From: a virus
Taxonomy: Duplodnaviria > Caudoviricetes
Length of the DNA: 64,000 bases
IMG/VR virus record: IMGVR_UViG_3300028833_000074
Location: 88,285-152,284 of that record
Strand: one strand, 5' to 3'
The position numbers were made by a program, and so were the translations under genes. Every line of letters starts with the position of its first letter. Within the stretch, counting starts at the first letter, position 1. Positions 47,569 through 58,149 of this stretch are shown here, one piece after another. Below the pieces are notes generated by a model that saw only the letters and a program-made list of their open reading frames with translations, made no database searches and was not told the DNA's origin.

Positions 47569-48629
47569 ATATGAATAATAAAAAAATAAGGAATTAAAGG
47601 TAACCATAGGTCTGTCCTTTTGAATTCCATAAGATTAGTAAAAATATTATAAATGCTATACCAATTATTATCCAAAATAATAATGGGTATTTAATCATTT
47701 TTTCTATCAATCTTTTTTTCAAAGATTTTTTCCTTGGTCTTGGGTAAACTTTACTCATTATTATCAAACCTTTTTATTGTAATTCAATTAATACTCCATC
47801 TTCAATTAATTCATCGTAATCGCATTCATAAATTACAAATACATTTAAGTACCAATCATCAATCAATGGTACATAGTCATTGTCGCTTTCGATTATTGCT
47901 TGAACATTCAAGAATTCGATTGGACAGTTGAGTTTGTAATATTCAATATTATGGTCGATTACTTCTTCGCTATCTTTCACATTATATGCCAAGAATTCTT
48001 TAAAATTCTTGTGTTCGTGATTGACAGTACATTTATTTCTATGTAAGCAGTTTGTCAAGACATTATTAATTGCATTAATTAATTGTTCTTTTTTTTTATT
48101 GCTCATTTTTTCAAATTCTTTTTCAATTTTCATCTTGTCACCTTATATTTTTATAAATTTGCGAATCTTCAATGATGCACACATATAGTTTAAACTTCAT
48201 CCTATATAAATGTTTGTGCCGAATTATAATTCGGCATTAAATGTTATATAATCTAATTTCATATACTTGATTGGAATATTACTTTCATCATAGACATTGT
48301 AATAATCCAATATTGAATAAATTGTTCTAATTAATTCCATTTCTTCAACAGTTAAGTCAGATGCAGATAATTCATAGATATCTGACTTATCTATGTCGAA
48401 TTCGATTCCATAAAAAGAATCGAAATAGAAAAATTGATTTTTTTGATGCTTGATGTAAGCGAATTGATTAATTAAATTCGCAATATTATAATCACCTTTG
48501 ATTTTTAGGGTAATTTCGACATCTTCGTTGTTTTTTTCATAATAATATTTTGTTCTGATATTTACTTTCATTTTATCATTTCCTAAATAATTAATTATAC
48601 TCTTGAAAATATGCGAATCTCAAGAGAAA

Positions 48630-48683
48630 ATCAATATAGTGGACTCAAACCACTTGGAGCAGTCATCGTGGTGCTTTATTGAT
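48630..48683 (-). ncRNA. mini tRNA-like element, type A
   Basis: ATCAATA/TATTGAT; GCA-CCACGATGAC-TGC; AGTGG TTTGAGT CCACT. Confidence 0.8.
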
Positions 48684-49753
48684 AAATAGAATATTTATTC
48701 TATTTCATCTCTGTAATCGATGTTGATATAGAAGATATTATTGTTATCTTCTTCTTCACCGACATAAACAGAGCAATGTTCTAAAGCATTTATTTGTTCT
48801 TCTAATTGTTTTAAGTCGGCATCTTCATCTATACTTATATCAAGATGCCTTAATCCTATTTCATCTTCTTCATCGTAAAGTATGTCTACATAGCAGACAT
48901 CTGCTATAATTTCTATTATTTCTTCGATTTTTGCTTCGATTTTTTCTTCGATATTCATTTTGTATTCCCCCTATGATTATAATTTTAATTATTTTTTATG
49001 ACTTCTAATGCTTGTAATATATTGCAATCTTGTAGTAATGCGACAATTTTTCTGCATTTTGGATTCTCTGAATGCTCATATCTTGTTGCAAGATAATCAC
49101 ATTCGTTGTACAGATATACTTTATCATTAAATGCATCTAATCGGTGAATCATATCAACAGAGAAGCCATAATCTATTATGCCATCGATTACTGGGTCTAT
49201 ATATTGTTCAACTCCATAATTATTATTAAATGCTTTATTAAGGTATTTGTGATATTCTCCGAATTCCTTTTCCAGTTCTAAATCTAACTCAATAATTTCA
49301 TTAAAATGAACATTGTCTAATAAAGATTCAATTTGGTGTCTTATTCCAAAATCATCATCTATGTGTTCTCTAATGAAGTCATAGAGTGATTCTGCTTGGC
49401 ATTCATCCCAATTTTTACATTTAAGACAGTCATTTCCATTTTCATCCCCATTACAATAACTGCAGTTATTTGTGAAGTCTTCGTAATTTTTTATATCTAT
49501 GATAAAGATGTAATTGTTATCTTCATCTTGTGAGAATGTTTGATTCCCACAGTAATTGATTTTTATAAATTTGCTTTCTTCTATGTTGAAATAAATCTTT
49601 TGGTTCGGTCTATTCCCTTGATGAGCAAATTCTATATTGTTTTCGATAAATTTTTCTAAATTTTCTCCAAACATATTATTATCTCTCCTTTAAATTAATT
49701 ATATTCGCATAAAAATGCGAATCTGAATTTTTTAAAGTAGTATTCGCTACCAA

Positions 49754-49810
49754 ATCTCTATACTGGAATTAGCACCAGTTTCTGCAAATGCAGATGTCTA
49801 TATTAGAGAT
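49754..49810 (-). ncRNA. mini tRNA-like element, type B
   Basis: ATCTCTA/TAGAGAT; TATAGACA; TCTGC/GCAGA; ACTGG TGCTAATT CCAGT. Confidence 0.8.
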
Positions 49811-50516
49811 AGAAGAAGATTATTCTTCTTCTATGATGCCGATTTTAAAATTATCGGCTTTATCGATAAAAAAATTGATATTAGCCTTAAATTTATCATC
49901 TGCTATTAGATATTTTTCATCGATTTCTATTTTTTTTGATTTAAGCAAGATATTTTTACTTGTTTCGTATGAAATAAGTATTCTGTAGCCATCTTTTGCT
50001 TTGGCTACTATTCTTTCGTTTTTTATTGCTATGTCGCAGTTTGGTAATGCAGTTACTATCATTAATGCTTCTGTAATGCTTTTTATCATTTATTTTCCCC
50101 CTATTTTGAGAATTTGTCTATTATTATCTTCAATTAAGTCAATTTGAGCATTTTGTTCAATTTTGCTTAAAAAAACATCTAACATTTGTTTTATGTCGAA
50201 GTTTGGTTCAAAATTAATTGTAAACCAATAGATGAAGTCGACATTAGTATTTAGACAAATTTCAATATATTTGTTATCGTTGTCTAACAACCAATGAATT
50301 TCTAATTCTTCGTTGTTAAAGATATTATTTAATTCTTCTATATCGAAATCTGATGTTATATCAGTTATATTGTCGATTAAAGTATAGTCGACAATTTCGA
50401 TTATGTTTTCTACATTATTGTAAATATTTCTTTTGATAAAAGTCTGTGTGAATGTCATTTTTTCATCTCCTTTAAAATTTATTATATCCTTTAGATTATG
50501 CGAATCTAAAAGGAAA

Positions 50517-50569
50517 ATCCATCGGTGGAGTCAAACCACATCGGACAGTCATTGTAGTGCCAAATGGAT
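50517..50569 (-). ncRNA. mini tRNA-like element, type A
   Basis: ATCCATT/GATGGAT; GCA-CTACAATGAC-TGT; GTGG TTTGACT CCAC. Confidence 0.8.
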
Positions 50570-50922
50570 AGATGGATAGATGCCTATCCATAAATTTCGT
50601 TTAATTTGTATTCTAATTCTTCATCGGAGAGATTTTCTCTCATATCTCTTGTGAAAAGTGGAGATATGAAGAATTCTCTGCCTAATTTCTGCAATTCTCT
50701 GATGCAGTCATCAGAAAGAATATTTATTAAATAAGCACCATCATTGTGTTTATTATTTATTATAAAGTCATCTAACTCTTCTGTTAACTCTTGTGAACCA
50801 ACAAAAGCAGTATTTTTTCTTAACTCTTTGATTTGTCTTGCATCAAGCCATTTAGTTTTAATACTCATTTTTTCACTTCCTTTTTAATTATATCTTTCAG
50901 AAAAAGCGAATCTGAAAGAAAA

Positions 50923-50976
50923 ACCGATAGATTGGATTCAAACCAATTAGAGCAGTCATCGTGGTGCTTAATCGGT
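50923..50976 (-). ncRNA. mini tRNA-like element, type A
   Basis: ACCGAT/ATCGGT; GCA-CCACGATGAC-TGC; ATTGG TTTGAAT CCAAT. Confidence 0.8.
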
Positions 50977-51952
50977 AAATTGGCAAAGTTTGATGGATGC
51001 TATTCAAGATAGCATTCATCATTGGTTACATCTTCCATTTCTGTCAATGGTTGATGAATTATTTCAGAAACCATTTGATGTTCAAGCCATTGGTCAACAT
51101 CAGAGAAATAATAGGAATTTCTATTGCAATATTCGTATAAAAAATCTGCAAATTGGAGTAATTTCTCTTTATCTTTTGTATGTTTAGTGATAATATCAAA
51201 TAAGGTTAGCATACTAATTTCTGCTTGATTAGAGAACCATTTTTCCATATCATCCCATATATCAGAAATGCGATTTCCTTTTGCAATAAGATGAACCTTG
51301 CTATCTTTGATGTCAAATAAGTGAATAACATCTTCTTTGTAGGTTTTTCCCCTTGAACAGTCAAGGTAAAGTCTGTTTTCGTATAATGTGGTTGGTTTTG
51401 ACATAGTTAGTGAAATAAAGTCACCTTTGATGCCATAACCATTTTTTTTATTGCTATCAATTCGTTTGACTTCTCTTGCATAGCCATTTTTATGACTATT
51501 TTTTGAACGATTAAAAGTGTCAATTCCACTTTCTTTGCCAAAAACAATTGATATGCTTTTTGATTCATTGTTTTGGGCATCTTGTAATGTCTTTCTTTCA
51601 TTATAGCGATGAGCATAGTAATTATCATTCACACTATCAAACCATTTTAAAGTTTCGGATTGAGCAATAATGTACCATCCATCTTCGTAATGATTAAGGC
51701 AGACAAAATAACCCTTTGAACCGAATTTGCTTTTGTATCGCAAGTCATTGATGGCATTGCGAATCCCCTTTGCCCTTATATATTGATTTGGTTTATAAAT
51801 TAGTTGAACAATAGTTTCGCCAGTTTCAAAGTCATAATCAATTACTTGACCACATTCGTAGCCATTTTTTAATAGTTTTGGATATTCTGTCATATAATCA
51901 TCTTCCTTTTTAATTTATTATACCTTTCAGATTATGCGAATCTAAAAAGAAG

Positions 51953-52004
51953 ACCAATAGATAGGACTCAAACCTATTGGGAAGTCATCGTGGTTCTAAT
52001 TGGT
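51953..52004 (-). ncRNA. mini tRNA-like element, type A
   Basis: ACCAAT/ATTGGT; GAA-CCACGATGAC-TTC; ATAGG TTTGAGT CCTAT. Confidence 0.8.
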
Positions 52005-52571
52005 TGTCTGAAAGAGCATTATGCTCTTTCAAAGTAGCCATTTTCATCGCAGATTAATTCATCTGTAATTAATTCTGTAATAAAAATGGCATTAGGATTT
52101 TGTAATTCGCCAAAATCAGTTGAGCGAATCTCAAAATTAAAATCTGAATCAGAATGTAGTTTTTCATCAAAATAGATATCTTCATCGGTTTCATCATCGT
52201 ATTTGATGACTTCTACATACTTACATCTTTTATCCCAGTTGCCAGTAATTTTTTCTACTTTTTTAAGTGACATTCCATCAATATTTTTAAAAATAGATAA
52301 AATTTCACAACCATCAAAATATACACCATTTAGATAAGCAATATCTTTTATTGCTTCTTTAATGGCTTCTTTTTGTTTTTTGGTAATTTTTTCATCTTTA
52401 ATTTGTACATATGCGATTCTCACATCTAATGGGTTAAGTATTAAATGTGAGAAATTTTCTTCTCTGTTGAGAAAAATAATTCTTGCAATATTTATCATAA
52501 TATCTCCTTTTTTTAGTTATATTCGCATAAAAATGCGAATTTGATTATTTTAGGTAGCATTTGCCACCAAT

Positions 52572-52627
52572 TTGCCATAACTGGAATCGAACCAGTTTCC
52601 AATAAATTGGATGTCCATAGATGGCAA
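52572..52627 (-). ncRNA. mini tRNA-like element, type B
   Basis: TTGCCAT/ATGGCAA; TATGGACA; TCCAA/TTGGA; ACTGG TTCGATT CCAGT (canonical T loop). Confidence 0.85.
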
Positions 52628-53139
52628 CGAATCTATCTAACAGTTTTTGAAATATTTTCTGTGACCATCTTTGTTTTGTATTGAGATGGCAACATTGTTA
52701 TTGGGTGTCTTATTGCAAAATACCTTTATTGCTTCGTTAAAATCCACATTGGATTCACAAGGAATCTCAACAAAGTAAATAAAGTCAATTTCGGTGTAGA
52801 TTGTCATAGTAAAGGTTGTATCGTAGTTATGGAATACATAACTGATTGATAACTCTTCATTATCATCAAATATGTTGTCTAATGCTTTATCTATATTTTC
52901 TTTGACTTCTTGAGTGATATCGAAAGATGGTTCGATATAAGTGTGGTCTTGGGCAGATATTGTGCCATTTAACTCTAAAGCCTTTTTAATTAAGGCTTTA
53001 GTAAAATTCCACCTTTTATCGTTCAAATTGATGTCATTTAAGATTGTATTGGACATTTTCATTAATATTTCTCCTTTAAATTAATTATATCTTCGCAAGA
53101 ATGCGAATTTGATTATTTTAGGTAGCATTTGCCACCAAA

Positions 53140-53194
53140 TTCGCATATTCGGAATCGAACCGATTTTCTCAAAGAGAATGTCCATAGATGCGAA
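53140..53194 (-). ncRNA. mini tRNA-like element, type B
   Basis: TTCGCAT/ATGCGAA; TATGGACA; TTCTC/GAGAA; TCGG TTCGATT CCGA. Confidence 0.85.
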
Positions 53195-53601
53195 AGAAAA
53201 ATATTACTTGTAGAGTAATGAGAACCATACTCCACCGAATTCGTTTAATAACAATTCTGCAGAGTATTTTGAACCATCGATGGTTAGAGTGTCAGAATAT
53301 TCCCTAATCCATAAATGACTGAATGTCATTTTTACTGATTCTTTGTCTGCATCAAGATATTCAAATATAAAGGTCATATCTGACCTTGCTACTGCAGATG
53401 TTACATCATTATTGGTTATTTTTTCTGCGAATCCATAATAACACATCATTTCTAAAGCAGATTTTAAATCTGCTTTAGAAGTACAAAATTCTTCACATTT
53501 TGAACTTCTTGACATTTTTGTCATATTATCTTTCTCCTTTTTAATTATATTTGTCAGATTGACCGAATCTGACTCAATAAAGAAAGCATTTGCTTTCTAA
53601 A

Positions 53602-53658
53602 TCCTTGCAGATGGAATTAGCACCATCTTCAACAAATGTTGATGTCTATATGCAAGGA
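53602..53658 (-). ncRNA. mini tRNA-like element, type B
   Basis: TCCTTGCA/TGCAAGGA; TATAGACA; TCAAC/GTTGA; GATGG TGCTAATT CCATC. Confidence 0.8.
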
Positions 53659-54053
53659 CAACAGTTAGATTTTTACCAAAATTCATCTGCAGTAGTTATA
53701 CTACGATTACACCAACGAGCATTTGGTAAATGTTCTTTAATGATTTCTGCGACAGTATAACATAATTTGAGATGTGCTACACTATTTGCTCCATCTTTTA
53801 ATGCAAGATTGTACCATTTTTTGATTTTGGTTTCTTCTTGCCAATTTAAACCATCAAACATACCCAATTTGTTGTTATTTATGTCATCTAAAGGCAAGTT
53901 TCCATTTTTAAAGTCAAAGCAGATATTATCAAGATATCCACATTGAACCTTATTATATACTGGTTCTTTCATACTCATTTTTTATCAATCCTTTTAATTA
54001 TATTCGCATAAAAATGCGAATTTGCGAAAAATAAGAGAGATTAACTCTCTAAA

Positions 54054-54107
54054 GCCTATTTGGTAGAGTCAAACTACATCGGACAGTCATCGTAGTGTCA
54101 GATAGGC
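54054..54107 (-). ncRNA. mini tRNA-like element, type A
   Basis: GCCTAT/ATAGGC; ACA-CTACGATGAC-TGT; GTAG TTTGACT CTAC. Confidence 0.8.
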
Positions 54108-54629
54108 ATTTTTTTTGTTTATTTGCTTTTAGAAATCATCCGATTTGTATTTCGGATGATTTCTGCAGTTTTTTTGTCATTTTTAGCAATTTGCTTTTTT
54201 GTTTTAGCAAATTGCTTCTTTAAAACATTTGGAATCATTCTAATTCTCCGATTTTATCTCCGAATAAGGTCACATAACATCTTTCATATTCTTCTTTATC
54301 GTTAGAATAGTAATTACAGATGTCTAATAATGTTTCAACAAGGTTATTCACATCACTAAAGCAATATGTGTAAGTATTGCGAACATCAGAAGATGTCGCA
54401 GTATATAAATGCTTTTTTTCTTCGTAGGAATGTCCATCGTAAGATAATAATCTGTCTGTGACCATTGTTTTGCCACAAGAGTCATATTCTTCGATTATAT
54501 TTAAGGTTGACCCATTTACAATGCGTGATGCAATTCTTAATGCTTGTACTCTGTTTATTTTTGTTGTATCTATATATGTTGCCTTAAATGTCATAATATC
54601 TCCTTTTTTAGTTATTTTCTGTGAAAAAT

Positions 54630-54730
54630 GCGAATCCAATTAGGATATGTAGTGAATTTGCCGAATCCGAAAGGATATGTAGCAGATTCACCGAATCTGA
54701 AAGGATTTGTAGCAAATTTGCCGAATCTGA
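54630..54730. repeat. ~30-bp tandem repeat, 3.3 units
   Basis: CGAATC at 54631, 54662, 54692 and 54722; the first three followed by AGGATWTGTAG. Confidence 0.85.
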
Positions 54731-54838
54731 TTTATAAATAAAGGCAGATGGCAATAAATCGCAGTCAGATGGTCATTTTTCACGAAAAGGCAGGAAATCC
54801 TTCCTTTTCCCATTTGGAAGCCAGATTGACTCCCGAAA

Positions 54839-54901
54839 GCCTAAATAATGGAATTGAACCATTCCCAGTTAAAATAACCTTGCCACCATTGGTATTTAGG
54901 C
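54839..54901 (-). ncRNA. tRNA-like element
   Basis: GCCTAAAT/ATTTAGGC; GGTTA/TAACT; AATGG TTCAATT CCATT. Confidence 0.75.
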
Positions 54902-54930
54902 AAAATAAGTAATAAAAATAGTTAGAATGA

Positions 54931-55293
54931 TTAAATCAATGATTTAATCAAGTTTTCATCTAACCATAATACTTCAAATGTATAAAAAATCATCATATCA
55001 TTCTCCAAATCAACATTAGGATTAAAAATATTGATTTGGTCATCAATATAAGCCTTTATAGAAGAGTATCCACCATTTAAAGCATCTTGGATGCTCATTT
55101 CACATAATGGTTTAATTTCGGCAGATATAATTTTAATCTGTCCAAATCTCTCTTTACTACAAAAATTACCAGTTTTTAGGTAGGTTTTGCTTCCTACCTT
55201 AACTGGCATTACTCCTTTTTTAGTAAAACATCTAATGGTCAATGTTTTTTGACCATTTAAGATGTCTAACAATTCTTTAATGTTAAACCACAT
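54931..55293 (-). CDS. ASCH-domain protein
   Basis: ILNGQKTLTIR..QDALNGGY. Confidence 0.85.
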   Translation of the reverse strand: MWFNIKELLDILNGQKTLTIRCFTKKGVMPVKVGSKTYLKTGNFCSKERFGQIKIISAEIKPLCEMSIQDALNGGYSSIKAYIDDQINIFNPNVDLENDMMIFYTFEVLWLDENLIKSLI

Positions 55294-55304
55294 TTAGATA
55301 ACTC

Positions 55305-55894
55305 CTATGCAAGAGAGAAGTACAATTCTACAGTATTTACTCCCATACTATTAGGAATACTTGTAGAATTTTGTATAAACTTCTCTAACCAGTTTTCAAA
55401 GCCAAACAAGGTCATACCTTGTTCAATTTTGGTTCTACATTCAGTATGTTGGATTTTCTCCCAAACTATAAAAGTTTGAAGAGTAGAGAAGCCACTATAC
55501 ATCTCTAAATCACTCCATAACTATCAAAAACTTCGTTAATGACAGTTTTAATTGCTTCTCTTTCTGCTTTTGTGATTTGCTCACCATATGACCTTCTTTT
55601 AATATGAAGGCATACAGAACGATATATTCTGTCACGAAGTGTGAAGTATTCGGAAAAGTCATAAAAACTTTCAGATTTGCTTTTAGCATTAACTCCGAAG
55701 TTTTTAAATGATTTCTCCAGTTTTAGAGAGTCAAATCTCTTTTCAGAGAAACCATATTGACTTACTAAAGTATTTCTAATGTCATAAGCAATGTATCCGA
55801 ATTTTGATTCAGATGGATGTACTCCGAATCGGTCAGAGTACCTTGCTTTGACAAGATGCAGTATGCTTGGATTGTCGATTAATCTTATAATCAT
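55305..55894 (-). other. two hypothetical CDSs (55305-55502, 55505-55894)
   Basis: ORFs, the second with AGGAG RBS. Confidence 0.6.
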
Positions 55895-55939
55895 TCTTTC
55901 ATCTCCTTTTGGTTAATAAAGGAAGCATATGCTTCCAAA

Positions 55940-56004
55940 ATGGCATATGATGACTTGCACATCCTTTTTAACTCATTAAGAGTCAAAATGACTATATATG
56001 CCAT
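55940..56004 (-). ncRNA. tRNA-like element
   Basis: ATGGCATAT/ATATGCCAT; AGTCA/TGACT; GATG TGCAAGT CATC. Confidence 0.7.
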
Positions 56005-56017
56005 AATTAAGGCATTT

Positions 56018-56764
56018 TTATGCCTTATTTGGATTTTCTCTGAATTCTTCTACGATTTCGCAATTTTTTATGCTTGTATCATAGCAGAAACCGATGCCAT
56101 ATTCTTCAAAACATTGAGAACAGTTACTGGAACATTTCTTTCCATCATCAGAGGATGGAAAACAAGTAAAATTAGCATCCCAGTTAAATCCAGAACCAAG
56201 GATTCTCAATGATTCGTAATTATGTCTGATTTTCTCAAAAGCATTTTTTAAGTCACTTCTGTGAGTATAAATTACAGAAATGACTCCCAATTCATTAAAC
56301 AAGTAATCTGCTACTTGTTCAACAAAAATTAAGTACTGCAATGATTTTAAATCACCAGTCATATTCCATCTTAAAAATTTAAGACGATTTCGTGGATTTC
56401 GACAACGATTGGACATCTCTGCTAACTCTGATGCAAAGAATAATGCACCAGTAGGGTGATTTACAAGATAATCAATAGCAGATTCATCCTTTTCACGACA
56501 TCTGATGGTATTTGCACCCATCATTGAATTCTGTTCAAATACAAGCCCGTAACAGTCATCACCCAATGGACATAAACCTAATTGAGCAGATGGACATTTT
56601 GTGCTACTGGTCATTGAAATTAGCCAAATGTAGTTTGGTATTGGTTTAGCAGAACCACATTTGACTGTGATTTCAAATTCTAAATGTTCTGATGGTTTAG
56701 AACCATCAATGCAAACATCTTCTGTACTGAAATTTAATTTTTTGTTACAAGGTTTCATTTTCAT
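56018..56764 (-). CDS. GP88-like Cys-rich protein
   Basis: CPSAQLGLCPLGDDCY, LRWNMTGD, YTHRSD, CSSNCSQC..CY. Confidence 0.7.
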   Translation of the reverse strand: MKMKPCNKKLNFSTEDVCIDGSKPSEHLEFEITVKCGSAKPIPNYIWLISMTSSTKCPSAQLGLCPLGDDCYGLVFEQNSMMGANTIRCREKDESAIDYLVNHPTGALFFASELAEMSNRCRNPRNRLKFLRWNMTGDLKSLQYLIFVEQVADYLFNELGVISVIYTHRSDLKNAFEKIRHNYESLRILGSGFNWDANFTCFPSSDDGKKCSSNCSQCFEEYGIGFCYDTSIKNCEIVEEFRENPNKA

Positions 56765-56923
56765 TATATCATCCTAAATCTTTTGTTTTTTGCCATAAAC
56801 GATGCTATGCCGATAAAAGCAGTTAATCCTAAAAATATGGCAGTTTTTTAGGTAAAAGCATCCATAATAATCATTGAAATAAAAAAAGAAAAATAAATAG
56901 AAAAGAAAAAGTAAAAACAAGCA

Positions 56924-57193
56924 TTATGCTTGTTTGTATATGTGAAAAATTGTATTTTCAAGTGTAAATCTAATATCAGAGATTACTGGACAGATAAAAA
57001 TAGCAGTAGTGATTATTTCGGTTTCTGTTGTGATTGCAGATACCAATCCAATGTCTGAATCAAATTCTATTAAATCTGCACAGATTATTCCACCATTCAC
57101 CATTAAATCAGAACATTCGTGAAAATCTGACTTTAAAATGGTTTGTAATGCTAATTTTATTTGATTTTCATTTTCTACTTTTAAATCAATCAT
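56924..57193 (-). CDS. hypothetical protein
   Basis: AGGAG RBS. Confidence 0.65.
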   Translation of the reverse strand: MIDLKVENENQIKLALQTILKSDFHECSDLMVNGGIICADLIEFDSDIGLVSAITTETEIITTAIFICPVISDIRFTLENTIFHIYKQA

Positions 57194-57341
57194 CTTTTTA
57201 TCTCCTTTTTAATTTTGTTGGATGTTATGATACTGAAATCATTATATCTTGCATTTCCTTTAAGGAAATCAAGAAAACATCCATAAAAAATAAGTAGAAT
57301 AAGAAAAAAAAGAAAAATAGATGAGATAGAATCAATTGAAC

Positions 57342-57728
57342 CTATCTCATTGAGATTTTGAATGTAAATTTAATTGTTCGTTCTCCAATGTCTGTTTTAA
57401 CCTTGAATGCATCAAGGTTTTGTGCATAAAACTTTTGATATCCAGCAAAAACATCAAAAGCATCATTATCATCAAGCATTCCATCATAACTTGCTAATTT
57501 GATGGAATATAACTCCAAAGATATTCCTAAATCATTTTTAGGACATTCTAACCATATACGAGATTCTGTTTTTCCAGTATATTTACTTTCAGAGTATACT
57601 TGAAGATTGAGAACAAATTCTGTGAGATTCTCTAATTTAGAGTACACAGAACATATTTCTACAATTTTTGCACAATTTGACTCAATTTTAGACATTTGGA
57701 ATGATTTTTCTTCATTATTTTCTTCCAT
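57342..57728 (-). CDS. hypothetical protein, first gene of the leftward unit (start reassigned to MEENNEEK)
   Basis: AGGAG RBS before 57728; the upstream extension in the track overlaps structured RNA. Confidence 0.65.
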   Translation of the reverse strand: MEENNEEKSFQMSKIESNCAKIVEICSVYSKLENLTEFVLNLQVYSESKYTGKTESRIWLECPKNDLGISLELYSIKLASYDGMLDDNDAFDVFAGYQKFYAQNLDAFKVKTDIGERTIKFTFKISMR

Positions 57729-58149
57729 AAACGATTCTCCTTTTTTGTTTTTTGATTTAAACGATGCTTCCAAATTGAATTGGATAAATCTTGCATTTCC
57801 ATCAAGGAAATCAAGTAAAGCATCCATTTGAGTAATCAAAAAAGGAAAAGGATGAAAAATGATTGTTAACTTACATCGCAAACCGAAATTAAATTTCGGA
57901 TGTTCATAGGATGACATAAGTACAAAGGATGCAAATATAACCTTGTTGGTTAATTTTACCATCGGAAATGTGTCTTCCCAATGGGTGCTAACTCCAATCA
58001 TCATTAATTGCCCATTCCATCACAGTCAAGGCAATTTTAGAAAGGTCGCCAACAAGACAAAATGCCATCATAGAAGATGTTGCCATCTTCAAGATTGCCT
58101 TTGCCGATGTCTGCTAATATATTGGTCACCGTTTTATATAAATGTTTGT

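Larger units (their letters stand above)
40556..48214 (-). promoter_or_regulatory. conserved promoter AAC(A/C)TTTATATAGGATG, 4 copies (TATA at 40561, 44164, 46644, 48203); shorter variants at 2516, 11081, 29505, 35997, 37629, 58135
   Basis: Archaeal TATA consensus with a purine-rich BRE-like side, upstream of minus-strand genes. Confidence 0.8.
46899..54639 (-). other. early-type hypothetical CDSs separated by structured spacers (46899-47138, 47120-47491, 47774-48133, 48224-48571, 48695-48958, 48985-49674, 49820-50089, 50090-50458, 50584-50868, 51000-51893, 52019-52498, 52637-53062, 53204-53524, 53673-53978, 54119-54238, 54235-54594)
   Basis: Most have AGGAG-type RBS; acidic proteins. Confidence 0.7.
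56801..57824 (-). ncRNA. three type C tRNA-like elements (56801-56862, 57219-57283, 57763-57824)
   Basis: GATGYT/ARCATC closing stem, a long internal hairpin (CTTGATTTCC..GGAAATGCAAG in two copies) and a T-arm-like hairpin. Confidence 0.65.

Noticed and set aside
48595-54025. TATAAT as a bacterial sigma70 -10 box, implying a bacterial host
   Set aside because: There is no consistent TTGACA -35, and archaeal TATA boxes, RBS and marker genes dominate. The motif is kept as an unexplained element.
48630-54107. Type A GATGA as a hammerhead core or C/D box
   Set aside because: No CUGAUGA/GAAA pair and no CUGA D box
48590-54110. Intergenic repeats as CRISPR repeats, attC sites or simple terminators
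   Set aside because: They are separated by whole genes, their stems vary while loops are conserved, and there is no GTTRRRY core or integrase. A multi-stem fold with T loops exceeds what termination needs.
54131-54164. 13-bp hairpin AGAAATCATCCGA/TCGGATGATTTCT
   Set aside because: Single copy inside a small basic ORF; no function supportable
54630-54730. Mini-CRISPR array
   Set aside because: Units are contiguous, with no unique spacers and no cas genes
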